A DNA stretch of 64,000 bases from Zootoca vivipara (lineage: Eukaryota), in contig NC_083289.1 of NCBI RefSeq assembly GCF_963506605.1, forward strand, positions 27,900,001-27,964,000, given 5' to 3'. Shown here one piece after another: positions 23,517 through 37,456 of the stretch (positions within the stretch are counted from its first letter, which is position 1; each line of letters begins with the position of its first letter). The position numbers were made by a program, and so were the translations under genes. Below the pieces are notes generated by a model that did not search any database, was not told where the DNA came from, and saw nothing but the letters and a program-made list of their open reading frames with translations.

Positions 23517-24008
23517 CTGGCCATGGAAAAAGAACAGCCTCTAGCACAGGAGGAAAAACAGCAAGGCCCAACATCTCCCTGCAGCCTTTGGCTCTCTGAC
23601 TGACAGGCCAGGCCCAGCCTCACTCTTGTTTCGCAGGGAGCAAAGCTTGCTTGTTTTCTCAGTCTTGTTGGGCTACTGCCGTTATTTGATTTGTGCATCA
23701 CTTGTTGGAAGCAACTAGCAGATGCAGCGATATGCAATATGGAGTGTGCCAACAACACGCTTGACGCTCACCTTCAAGCAGGTATTTCACAACACCTTCC
23801 AGGAGCCCTGCCTTTCCCTCTTCAGGGTCCACCTTTTCCCCTGGGGGGCCCAGGGCACTCTCCCATTGCAGTATCTGGGTCATTCTTATGCCTGGACTTC
23901 AAAAAATCTCTGTCGTGAGCCTGACTTAATTGCAGCCCTATTCCCTCCCCGCCAACTTGCTCTCCCACAGCAATGTTGTTTTTCATGCTGCTGGGCAGTG
24001 GCCCTTAC

Positions 24009-24106
24009 TTGATGAGGTCAGCGTTGTTGTCCAATTTGCCTCTGTGCTTCAGGCCTCCTGTCCAGGCAAAGATGCTTGCAATAGGGTTGGTACTGGTGGG
24101 ATTGCC
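24009..24106 (-). CDS. IDH2: IDH2 exon 9
   Basis: 98 nt; [32 protein letters not shown]; GTAAG donor. Not present in the ORF track; translated by hand. Confidence 0.96.
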
Positions 24107-24319
24107 CTGCAGGGGAGGAAAACAAGCAGAGTTAATTGCCAGCCAGTGCTATAGAGGTGGCAGACCAGTAAGCATTTAGCTTGAGAGAGGGGGAGACCTG
24201 TGTCCCTTCAGGGGCTGTTGGACCCCATCAGCCACAGTTAGCATGGACAATACTTTAAGAGACTTAAAGCAACATTAGAGGACTACAGTTTCCCTATCCC
24301 TAGTCTGGTGAGAACGCAG

Positions 24320-24350
24320 ATGCAGCAAGTTGGCCAGAAGAGGGCGCTCA
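24320..24350 (+). promoter_or_regulatory. CTCF-like motif in IDH2 intron 8
   Basis: TGGCCAGAAGAGGGCGCTC (24331-24349) is close to the CTCF core, with TGCAG just upstream as in the CTCF upstream motif. Confidence 0.55.
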
Positions 24351-24634
24351 CGTCCCTCGCACTGGTCTTTTTCATTCATTTACTTTATTGGCAGTACTGT
24401 ATTTATATCCTCCAATCACAGTGTTCACTGGGCAGCTTACAGCAATAAAACATTAAAATGGCAAAACTATAATAAGCAGGCATATTTTCAGCAGCAACAA
24501 GCAAACTAGCACATCTTCACTAAAAGTACATGGCAAATCTAAGACTCGGTGGATTAAAAGGGTGAAGCTATTTAAAGCCTGGGAAGCTGAAAGGGACTTC
24601 ACCTTGTGCAGAAAAGAGTGAGACAATATGCCTA

Positions 24635-24943
<309 letters not shown>

Positions 24944-24959
24944 TTATATCAACAGATTA

Positions 24960-25781
<822 letters not shown>

Positions 25782-25959
25782 TCATGCAGCATCAACCCTC
25801 CAATCCTCCTCACACAGCACCTCCAACCCATCCCAACAGGGAGGTGCTCTGGTGCTTAGGATCTCAGCAGGCAATGCTGGGTTTCGGGGAAGATGGGAGA
25901 AAGAAACTCCCCACCCACAGCTTCCTGGCTTAGGCCAAGAGGGGGGTCAGAAGGGCTCA

Positions 25960-26148
<189 letters not shown>

Positions 26149-26268
26149 CTACAGGAGCTGCCACCCCGCTCTTCAAATGGGGGGCAGCAGGTCTCCAGGA
26201 TGCACCATGGAGGGGACCCAGTCAACTGGAAGCAACTAATGCAGGGGTCCAGCTGGCATTTCTCTCAC

Positions 26269-26412
26269 CTCATCTGTATTGTACATGCCCATGCCGACGC
26301 CTCCGCCGGGGAAGTTGTACACCTCCCACTCCTTGACTGCACTGCCATCCTTGGGAGTGAAGACCATCTTAAACGTCCCAGACCTGTCCACAACGAAATC
26401 TGTGGCTCTATA
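26269..26412 (-). CDS. IDH2: IDH2 exon 5
   Basis: 144 nt; [23 protein letters not shown]...GMYNTDE. Confidence 0.97.
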
Positions 26413-27013
26413 CTGGAAAGCAGAAACCCAAATGTTAGCAGAGCCCAACAATATCAAAGTGTCTTGACTCCCCACATCAAACCCCCTAATTAGCCCCATG
26501 CTCCCTCCCAATGTATTCTGTAGCTAGGATCCACAGTACTGTCCTGTAGAAGAGCAAGGGGGAGCCTCTGGAATCCTTTGGGTTTACCCCACCTGCTGTA
26601 GGAGGCAGGGGCAATTTGAGCTGAACTCCTAGCTTCTAGACTAGCCCTGCTTCATGAGCCCCTCACAAAGGAATTGGGGTTTTCCAGTTAATTTCTGTTT
26701 TTATTTTTCTCTGCTTACAGCCACCCATCTCCACACGCCCTAGAGAGGGACATAGATTTTTTAACCACATGGGTGAAGATGGAGGAATTTGGGGGCAAAG
26801 ATGCCGCCCGTGCCCCAGTTATGACCTGCATTTATTATAAGAAAATTCTAGGTTTTTTCCTCTTCTGATTCTATTCCTATAGAAGATTATACAGCATTTG
26901 AACTTAGGACAGGTATTTAAACCAAGTACCTGGTACTCAAGGATGAAGGAGAGTTATCAGTGAGGTTCTTTCAAAGCTTTCTGTACTCTTGCCATCACTT
27001 CCTGACTCAGTCA

Positions 27014-27630
<617 letters not shown>

Positions 27631-27813
27631 CCTTGCCAATCCACTGCCTTAGCACCAGCCACTCCAGCCATCCCAAGAGAAAAGAGGAATATTCCCCACA
27701 AGAAAGTGAGCTGCAATCTGCTCTGGGTTGAGTGACTTCCCCTTGCGAGAGGGGGCCTGGAGCACAAGTCTTGCCAGATTCCTTGAACCCTGCCATGGGC
27801 ATTTCCCATGTAC

Positions 27814-27979
27814 CTTCCACGCGGGCTTCATCGGGGGTGATTGTGGCACACTTGACAGCCACGCTGTATTTCTGGGTGGCCAGGGCAGAGTCTATGGTGA
27901 CCTGGTCATCCGTCTGGTCCCGATGCGGCAGCCCCAAGTCAAAGTACTTCAGCTGGACATCTACGTTGGGCAGGATCAG
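27814..27979 (-). CDS. IDH2: IDH2 exon 3
   Basis: 166 nt; [55 protein letters not shown]. Confidence 0.98.
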
Positions 27980-28790
27980 CTGTGCCGGGATGGGAGGAAG
28001 GCAGTGAAGACAAAGGTATGTAGATGCAGACCCCGCAGTAGAGATCAACACACCACTGAGCAAGTGCAGAAGGCCCATCAGAGACACGCCCCAGAAAGCT
28101 TCCACGCACTACCCTTCCCATGCATGCAAAAAAGTGCACTTAAAAAATTAATAATAATTACATGTTCTTCACACAATTTCTCTCCTGTTACAAGGATGGT
28201 GTCTTTTCCAAGCTCCATTTGGTCTGTGGGGAAATGGGACACTAATCTGCCCCAGCCTCCCCACCTCCAAACCTGGTACCTTCCAGATATTTTGGACTAC
28301 AACCCCCATCAGTCTCAGCCAGTGTAGCTCTGCTTCCATCAGCCCCATCATCATAAAGCCATGTTTGCTGGGAGTTGTAGTCCAAAAGAGCTGAAGGGCA
28401 CCAGGTTGGCAGGGGCTGCCTGACTTTATATAACTCATTCATTGCTGCATGTGGAATACGGCTGTGTTAAATGTCATCATCTGGTTTACCTACGATATAT
28501 CCCAGGGTGTTGAAAATTTTAAGGAGAAAACCCAGCTCTCTCCCCACATCATTTGTAATGTTATAAATCTCTTATCATACTTCTCATGGGAACTTTTTCA
28601 AAGCTGACCGCCTTAGCCTACTTCAAAGAGAAACATCTTCCAGTCCTCTGACTTTCTATTGCCCCTTTCTTCACCCTTCCACAAACTCTGAGCATTTTAG
28701 AAACATGATCGTGCTACCAATGTACAGCCCATCAACATGTGGTCCTTGCTGCTTTATTCCCAGCCCCTCAGATCCAAGACTTCCAGGTAC

Positions 28791-28882
28791 CTTCTCCTTG
28801 ATGAAGGCCCAGATGATCCGGGTCATCTCATCACCATCCATCTCCACCACAGGGTTGGCAACTTTGATCCTTCTGTCAGCAT
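28791..28882 (-). CDS. IDH2: IDH2 exon 2
   Basis: 92 nt; (Y)[30 protein letters not shown]; translated by hand. Confidence 0.97.
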
Positions 28883-29849
28883 CTGTGGGGAAATGTCAAA
28901 ATGCTGAAGAGACACCAGAGACAACCTCCAGCACCCAAACAATTGTGTGGTGTGGGCTGTGCTACGGTGAAGCTGCTAGAACCACTGGAAGAAAATTCCC
29001 AGGGCCTTGGCATGTGTCTCCATCCCAGCACACCACTCTCAAAACAAATCCTTGGTGGGGTCTAGAGACTGATAAACTGCCTCCCTTGTGGCAGCTGCCT
29101 GCGCTTCTCCTGAAAGCCTTTCCCCCTTCATGTATGTAAACAACAACTGACGCTGGTGCTTCTTAAGAATCTGAAGTATTTCCCCAGCTCTACTGAGAAT
29201 AGGCACAACACAGAGTGGCCAAGGTGCCTGCTGTGTCTACCCTGTGATTGACCCTGGCAGGAGAGAAAGTGAATTAACTGCTGCCCAGTGGCTCTCTAAC
29301 TAATCCCAGCTGAGCCCAAAGCCCTGCTGACTTTCACAAGTCATAATCCAAGCACATTCGCCTGGGGTGAGGCTCCTCTGCTGGGGATCTGCCCGCAGCC
29401 CCTTTTCCACAGACAGGACCTGCAACTCCACTGTTCCAGCCAGCCGGTCAAGGGACAAGGTCACCCTCAGAGGACAGCAGCGGAGCAGCAGGCACACCCT
29501 CCCTCTGCGGCTTTCTTCCTACCCCTCAGAGAGTGAGCTGGCACGGCTCTCCAACAGGTCCTGGAGCCAGCTGCTAGCTGTTCAAAGCAGGAAGGGCAGG
29601 GCAGAGGGCAGCCAAATCCTCTGTTCGAGATCCACACACAGAGGAAGGAAAAGTGGTCTTGGTCAAGCTGGAAAGAGGCTTCCACACCTTAGGGTGTGCA
29701 GGGGGGCTGCGGGGGGGGGTCTTCCATGCAGGGAGTTCATGGCGACACACAGAAGCAAAGCAACTGCCAGACCTACATTCCCAGGCCTGGCACAGCCTCA
29801 ATGAGGCAAGCACGTACTGTATATGCAGACAGGGTTTTAATGCCCCCTC

Positions 29850-31290
29850 CAGACCAGCTGTGCGCTGTGCCAGTTTCTGCTCCGTGCAACAGGAACCCGC
29901 CAAGCTGGCAGGCAGATCCTTCTGTCCGCCCCCCCCCCCGGGCCACTTTCGAGACGGGGCAAAAGAGCGCCCGAAGAGGGGCTGCCATGTGGGCCTCGCG
30001 TCCCGCAGCTGCAGGTCTCCCGGGAGAGCCAATCTGCTCTCCTCCTCCGAGTCTCCCGGTGCCCCGAGGCGGGCAAAGCCGCCTTCGCCGCCCCGGGGTT
30101 GAGCGGGAGCGGTTCCACCTGACGCGCCTCTAAATATAGTCCCTGGGGAGGCCCAGCCTGGCAGGCGGGCCCGGGCGAGCCCAGGCGCAGAGGAAGGCAG
30201 CCGACGGAGTCCAGCGGGGCATCGCAAGGTCACCGGCGGACGGGGGGCCCGGGACGCTCCAGGACCCTGTCCACACAAGGGCACGGCCATGGCGCCAGGC
30301 ATCTTGGAGGGGGCAAACGCCTGGCCGGCTTCTCCGGGGCTAGAGAAGCGGCTCCCGTCGCCAGGCCTTAGGAGGGGGCAGCTCCGGGACCCTCTGCTTT
30401 AACCCCCCCTCCTTCCTCCGCCCCCCCCCCGCCACTCACAGTGCCGGTGCGGCGGGCGCTGCGAGGCGCTCAGCACCGGGAGCAGCGCGGCAGGAGAGCG
30501 GCCCAAAGCGGCCGAGGCGACGGCCGGAGCAACGGCGCGGAGGTAGTGGGCCATCGTGGCGGCGGACGGAGGAAGAGGAAATGGAGGACGTGCAGCCGGC
30601 AGTGGCGGCGGCAAAGAGGAGAAGCCGAGCAGCCGAGGCGCGCCGGGCGGAGCAGATGGAGCGCCCGCCCTGCCCCCTAAGTCGCCGCGCTTTGGGCCCT
30701 CCCCGTCGGGGCGGGGCGCCGAGGGTCGAAGCGGGCCACCCGGGAAATGGACACGCAGCGGCAGCGGCCTTTGTTCTTTTCTTGCCCCTTTGGCTCCCGT
30801 GGATGCCACGCTCTTGCCCTCCCTCGGGCGGCAGCACCTCCACTGCCTTTGGTGCTCCCCTCCGCGTTACAAATGTGGCCTTCGCGGGGGCGCTGGGCGG
30901 TGGAGTGCCCTAGACGCCCAGCAGGGAGGGCTACCCAGCTCATTCCCCACTGCTTCGCCTTGTGTTTGGGTAACAGTAGCTGCGGCCGCCAGACAGGCAG
31001 GCGGGAGCGCCAAGGCCAGGCCTGGCTGCTGATAAGAGACATCCATCGAGACGAGAGGCGAAGGGCAGCTTCCCAGGATGCGCTCCTGTGCTGGACGTGG
31101 CCTGCCTGGGCCGCCGTCGGGGCTGAAGGGCTTTGGCAGAGCCGGAGAGCATTGCGCCATTTGTTTGCACACTGACGGCAGCCGCCGGTCGCCACTAATC
31201 CAGGAGATCGCAGCAAATAGCCCCGGGGAAGAGGGGCCGGAGCAGATCAGGGTCCAGACTGGGCTGGAAGGGCAACCTTGACACCCCTGC
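29850..31290. promoter_or_regulatory. IDH2 CpG-island promoter and first-intron regulatory region
   Basis: High CpG density; GC box GGGGCGGGG near 30708-30716; MEF2 CTAAATATAG at 30130-30139; ERR-like GCAAGGTCA at 30224-30232. Confidence 0.8.
30440..30554 (-). CDS. IDH2: IDH2 exon 1, mitochondrial transit peptide
   Basis: GCCACGATGG Kozak context; MAHYLRAVAPAVASAALGRSPAALLPVLSASQRPPHRH is Arg/Ala/Ser-rich with no acidic residues; 115 nt, GTGAGT donor, phase matches exon 2. Confidence 0.93.
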
Positions 31291-31326
31291 CTTGCAGGGT
31301 GGTGCCCGAGAGAGAAGCCCTGTGGG

Positions 31327-31723
31327 GCCTTATGAGGAACGGCTTAGGGAGCTGGGTATGTTTAGCCTGGAGAAGAGAAGGTTAAGGGGTGATATGATAG
31401 CCATGTTCAAATATATGAAAGGATGTCATATGGAGGAGGGAGAAAGATTGTTTTCTGCTCCTCCAGAGAAGCGGACACGGAGCAATGGATTAAAACTTCA
31501 AGAAAGAAGATTCCACCTAAACATTAGGAAGAACTTCCTGACAGTAAGAGCTGTTCGGCAGTGGAATTTGCTACCAAGGAGTGTGGTGGAGTCTCCTTCT
31601 TTGGAGGTCTTTAAGCGGAGGCTTGACAGGCATATGTCAAGAATGCTTTGATGGTGTTTCCTGCTTGGCAGGGGGTTGGACTGGATGGCCCTTGTGGTCT
31701 CTTCCAACTCTATGATTCTATGA
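31327..31723 (+). mobile_element. Young 5'-truncated CR1 LINE (ORF2 C-terminus + 3' UTR)
   Basis: Uninterrupted [23 protein letters not shown]...[21 protein letters not shown]...[11 protein letters not shown], then the CR1 3' stem-loop and TTCCAACTCTATGATTCTATGA tail. Confidence 0.95.
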
Positions 31724-32129
31724 CTTCCTACGAGGGCCCCTCCTTCCATTCCGCCTGGAGGTGCAGGCGCTGGGCCTGGAGGGTTAGTACCCCTGGGCAT
31801 GGTGGGGGTCAGAGCTGGCACTGAGCACAGTGCAATCCAAGCAGCCCTTGCTTTGCTCTCTGCTTGAACCACCCAGGGTCAGCACTGTGGCTCAGCTGTT
31901 AAGGTCAAAATACAAGAACAGCCTGGCTGCTGGATCAGTGCAAAAAGGGGCCACCCAGAATCCTGTCCTCCTGGTGGCCAACCAGATACCCCAAAAGGAA
32001 GGCCACAAGCAGACCATGTGTGCACTTGTGATTCCCCAGCAGCTGGCTTTTAGAGGCACCCTGCCTCCAGCAGTGGAAGTAGCCCAAAGCTATGCTCCTC
32101 TTCCTTGAATTTCTTTAATCCTTGTATCT

Positions 32130-32545
32130 GTGGTCAGCCTCAGTTGGAAAACATCGCTGTTAGACATTTGTTAGTCTGCCCCTTATATAGAGACCCTAAA
32201 TAACGCTTTTTGAAACCTTTGTTCACAGAAGCAAGCAGGTGCATCCCGGTCCAGTTTCCTTTGGGTGACAATAATAGCTTCGTATCACACAGTGTGGCCC
32301 TCTATCGACCAGCTGCAAATAAATATCAGGAAAAGGGAGTTTGATAAAGCACTATAGAGTTGTGGCAATTTGGAGGTTTAATTTGAAATCAAACTGGATT
32401 TGAGTTTGTTGGTGTATCTGGCAACCTCTGTCTTACATCATTGATGTTGACTCATATTATGGATGTATGATCTCGATTGTTTTATTGGTACTGTGGCTGC
32501 AGGTTTCTAGCCTTTGGCTAGAACAATAAACTTTGATTGACTGAC
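32130..32545 (+). mobile_element. Decayed non-LTR retrotransposon 3' end (RTE-X-like, tentative)
   Basis: Remnant HLLVCPLY...RFL motif and terminal AATAAACTTTGATTGACTGA. Confidence 0.45.
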
Positions 32546-35500
32546 ACAGCTTACAAGCTCTCAGGGCAGAAACACAAGAAAGGAGTCACACAAACACACG
32601 CACCAGCAACACCACCAATCAGGGAGCAGCCTGCCAAGACCACCCCAGCTTGAGCGTGGGGAGAGGGGAGGAGTTGCCTCTCTGCCCTCTTGGCTGCAAG
32701 GCCGCAGCCAGCAGAGCAGTTGGGCAATTTTAGACTTCGGACCTTATTCAGTCTCCCAGTTTAATTTGGTCCATCACCCCCTTTAGAGTTGTGTGCTGGC
32801 TGTGTATGGGGTGGCGTCGTCCTGCCCATTCTGCCAAGTGAGGGCTTCTGCCCCAAAGTTCTGTCTCAAGGGCACCATATAGCTGACCCCTACACCTCCA
32901 CCCATCAAAGTTCTAACCAAACGAGAGCTGGGGAGTCCAGCAGCACATAGAGGGCCAAAGGCTTGCCCCCCCCCCACTCCAGTTCTGGTGGAGATGCCAC
33001 TAAGTTTGATGGACCAGTGTTCTTGACTAGATCAGAGGCAGCATGCATGGACTGCAACTCCCATCAGCCCAGGCATAATGAGGCAACAGTGAAGGATGAT
33101 GGAAGTTGTAGGCAAAGGTCTGTTTTGGAGGTTCCCCCTTACCCAGCTTTGCCTACCCAGTGGTTGGCCAGATGGACATCCCCCTGCGGAAGAGAGGAGA
33201 GGGGGGCAGGAAGGCCTGCCCAGCTAGGGGGCACCAGGGCAGAGCCAGGGTTCCCTGTGAGAGAGAGAGAGAGGGAATCTCCAGGGCTGTGGGGGGTCAC
33301 TCAGTCTGGGTTGCACTGGTTCATGCTGAGTGTGAGCACTTGTGACAATAGAATATACCGTAACTGCTTCTTTCCTACATGCTCAAAATTCCTTTACCTT
33401 TGCATGCATGAACAGACCAGCCGTCTGTTCTTCAGGTGCTTTCAGTTCTCTGTAATGGATTCCCATCCTTTAGGCTACCTATCTGTGAAATGGGTAGATG
33501 TCTTCTAGAATGACTGTGCATAAGACTGCACTGGACCTGCAGCTTGACATGCTATTTGCCACAGGGCTCACTAGCTGCTTGAGACACCTGCACTGGGCTC
33601 ACTCATAGTTGCTACTCAGGAGACAATTGGCATCTGAGCTGTGTTGGGTGGATGTGCTGCTTGGCCATTGGAGATTAGAAAGCACATGTAGCAGCTGTAC
33701 ATTTTGGACAAAGAGAATGTTTTTGGCGAATTTCATCCTTGAAGCACCAGCCTCTGCTTCTTGCCTCCTGGGCATGGCTGGTTTGCCCTGAGCCACTGGG
33801 CTCCTCCCCTGGCAACATGCTGGGCTCCAGGCTAGAGTTACTTGGCAAGAGTTGGCCACTCTGGCCATGACTGGCTTCATCTTGGAGGAGGCCTCCTTGG
33901 TGCTAGACAGGCTTAGGCAATGGATCCAGGTGCTAGAAAGCACAGGAGGGGAGAGGGCTCATATGCTCGAATCCTGCTTTCTTCCCACCAGCATCTGGCT
34001 GGCTGCTGTGAGAACAGGATGCAGGACTACATGAGCCCATGTGGCCTGATCTGGCATTTTCTTCTTATGTTCCCATTATTCTTTGATTGACTGAGCCAAG
34101 GAGCCAGACCCAGAGGCACTCCAAGAGGCCAGCCTGTTTACCTCCCCTACTTAGGAAGAGGCTTGGTACTGCTCTCCTTCTCACTTGGGCCTCCTTGACT
34201 CTGCTTCCCACGGGGGAAGAAAAGGGTGTCAGGTTGGCAGCCTGGTTGGTTGCAGGCAGGGTTGGGCACCCTTCCATGCAAACTCTGCATTTGCCCAAGA
34301 TCCCTTTCAACAGCAGCTGTGATCTTCTGAAATTGCCAGCCTCGCCAACTTTCAGACAAGATCTTTTAATTGAGCACATACTTAATTACTTAACAGACAT
34401 TAAAGCACAAAGTTTCCTCATAATTACGGCGTGTAAAATCTTCTCATGGGTTGCAAAAGTTGTCTTGTAGGATTTAGGTACTAGACTGTGGTCCTCTGCA
34501 AATCGCAATGTGCTTTTCAGGCAGGCCTGGAGAGACAATACTGTATGTGTCTTTCAGCTCCAAGATGAGGCATATTGCATGTTTAGGGGAGGGTGAAAAT
34601 GGAGTAGCTCTGGCTGCAAAAATGACACCACCACCACCGTGCCTATACACAATGTGTGGCAATGCACAAGTGGCTTTTCTGACATCTCTCAGAAAATTAG
34701 AGTGAGAAAACAGAAAGAGGAGAGGACTTGAGTAATACACACGTATTAAAAAAACACTGTGAAAATGCTTTTTAAAAAATGTTTTGAAAAATACATTGAA
34801 TTTGCCATAGCTCACTGTCACCATCTAGTGTCACATTTTTATATTGCACTTTACAACACACTTAAAACGTTTTATTTGCAACTGTGCAGCTGGAGTCCTA
34901 GCTCTTGGCAAGGCCCCTGAACCTATTGGAACAGGCTGCTTACAAACTCCCTGCTTCTGGACAAACTGAAGACCCACAAGTGTCTAAATCTGAGGCCCAA
35001 TTTGAGTTTGAGGACACTGGCCAAATGGCCCTCTTGTCTGCCCCCCCCCATTGCCTTAATTGGCCCTGACAGTAAAAAGATGCAGCCACTCACCAGTAGC
35101 AATGAGAGCTAGATTCTGGCATTTCTTCTTACCTTCTACTTACCTGTGGTGCAAATATCTTCTGCACTGCATCAGGTACCCAGACCCTGGGGTTGCATCT
35201 GCAGCATAGACAGATTTGCAGGGTCTGTAGGTCCATGTGTGTTTATGGTACAGAAGCAAAAACACTAGCTTAGATCCAATGAAGCTGTGTTTGTCTCTTG
35301 GACAAACTGGAGGCAAGATTGCAACTTTTTCCATGTGCAGATATTTATAAAAAGTCACTCAAAAAACCCCACCTATGTCGCTTGCTAAGGCTCATGTCTA
35401 CAATTCTATGAGTCTATGATCTGGGCTTGGAAAGTTCAGTTTTGGTTCCATTATATAAATGAACCAATTTATTTGGGATTGGTCTTGGTGACTAAAAGTT

Positions 35501-36844
35501 GCTAGTCTGCATTAGAGTCTTCTTGTGGTTCTTACTGTGTCTTATTGCTGCATGGTGGTTTTATTTAATTTTTGTCGTTCTGTGGTTCCAGACTAGAAGA
35601 GAGGTGGGAAGGAAAAGTCACAAACAAGCAGAAATAATCTCAGAAGCTTCATGGGAGGGTATTGACCAGTGAGAATGAACAGGCACCCAAATGCAGAATA
35701 GCCAATGGTCAGGGGAGATGGGAATTGTTGTCCAAGAACATCTGGAGAGCCTCCACAGGATATCCCTTCCTACCCAAAGGGCTCCCCAGACAGAAAGGAA
35801 CACCTGAAAAAAGGAGAAACTAAATACTTAGTGGGACGGAATGGGACATAGCATCAGTTGGAGAGGAGAGGAGGAAAGATCACCCCAGGAAACAAGCAAA
35901 CCCCTCAGACAGCAGTTAAATGAAGTCCAGGCAACTCTTAAACAAACTGCAAACATAGGAGATAGCGCAGCTGAGCTTCAGAACAAAGTACACAATGCGT
36001 TGTAAAAATATAAATAAAGAGTATCTCAAACAAGAAGACCTTGAAAAAGATAGCCACCAAAAGCTTCATTTTCAGACTTTTCTAAAGCAGTAGGGGGTTC
36101 AGGCACAGAAATCTCCCTTGGAAGTTGACTTGGCCAGCTCCTGGAACTGGAAGAAATGGGCAAATGCCCCCATGCCCTGAAGGTAAGTCCTGAGCAGGCT
36201 TGGAACCTGGTGCCACTCTTTGCCCCTGAGCTCTGACATGACTGCGGACTCCACAATAAAGAGTACACCATCTTTCTCCTCTCATGGAGAAGCAAAGATC
36301 CCAGCGGAGGGGACTTGCAAGATTTATGCACAATAAAACAAAGGAGACAATATTAGCTGAAGCCAGAAAAAAGATGCTCACTCAAAGAATTAATTGTACA
36401 TACTCCTTATTCCTGAAAAATATTTTTATACCATCCTTCATTAATAATACCATGGTGGTTCAAAACAATGCAATTATATTAAAACTGGTACATTAAAATA
36501 TATACAGCATTAAAATACATCACAGACCAGCCAGATGCCACCCAAAAATGCCTTCTGGGCAAGTAGGAAAAGCCCATCAACACTGGTGCCTTATTTCAAA
36601 GGAGAGGCCATTCCAGAAGCTGGGTGCCACAACAGAAAAGTCCCTTGTTTGGGTTGCTGCAGGAAGGATCTCAGCACATACCCAAGACAAGCTCATCCAA
36701 GGATCCTTGCATTGGGCTGGTACATACAGGAGAAGGCCTTCCTTCAGGTACTCTCACTTCATATATAGGGCTTTATACATCAAGAACAAGAAAGATAAGC
36801 TCAATATTTAAGGAAACAGTTTATCATCATCACCACCACCATCC

Positions 36845-37105
36845 ACTTTGCATACAGAAGGTCCTAGGCTCAATTCTGGTGGCATTTCCAGGAAAGGATA
36901 GGAGCATCACTGTCAAGTTCTCCCTTTTTTTTAAAGGGAAATTCCCTTATGTTGAATAGGCTTCATCGCGAGAAAAGGGAAAACTTGACAGCTATGGATG
37001 GGAGATAACCCTGCCTGAAACCCTGGAGAGCTTCTGCCAGTCTGTGTAAGACAGTGCTGAGCTAGATGGAACAATAGCCTGGCTCCGGGAAGGACACTTC
37101 CTGTG
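36845..37105 (+). mobile_element. Squam3-like SINE interrupted by a 92-bp MITE
   Basis: The two SINE halves flank 36905-36996. Confidence 0.7.
36905..36996. mobile_element. ~90-bp hAT-type MITE (TIR CATAGCTGNCAAGTT)
   Basis: Homologous to 54207-54295 and 62262-62351; 8-bp TSD GATAGGAG/GATGGGAG. Confidence 0.85.
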
Positions 37106-37456
37106 TCTCTCTTACTTTCTCTCTCCCCATTCCGTGTTACATCTTTTGCTTCACAACCGGCCTGGAGAGGAGGCCTGGAGAACCTGGAAGCTTCCTCCCT
37201 CCCTCCTGCCCTTTCTCCTAGTGAAGGGGTTGCTCTCTTGTGGTTTGGAGGTGTTCTCTTCCCTGCATGAACCAATACAGCTCAGGACACATTTTGCTCT
37301 TTAACCTTCGTTTTATTTCGCTGGTTTTCTTGGCATACTTCTTAGTGGGTTTGAGCTGGAAGCCAAAGACAGTCAAAATCAATGTCGCTTTCCTTTCTTC
37401 AGCTGCTGGCATTTCGCCGAGGAACTTTGCTGGAACAGACACCTGTCCTTGTAGGA

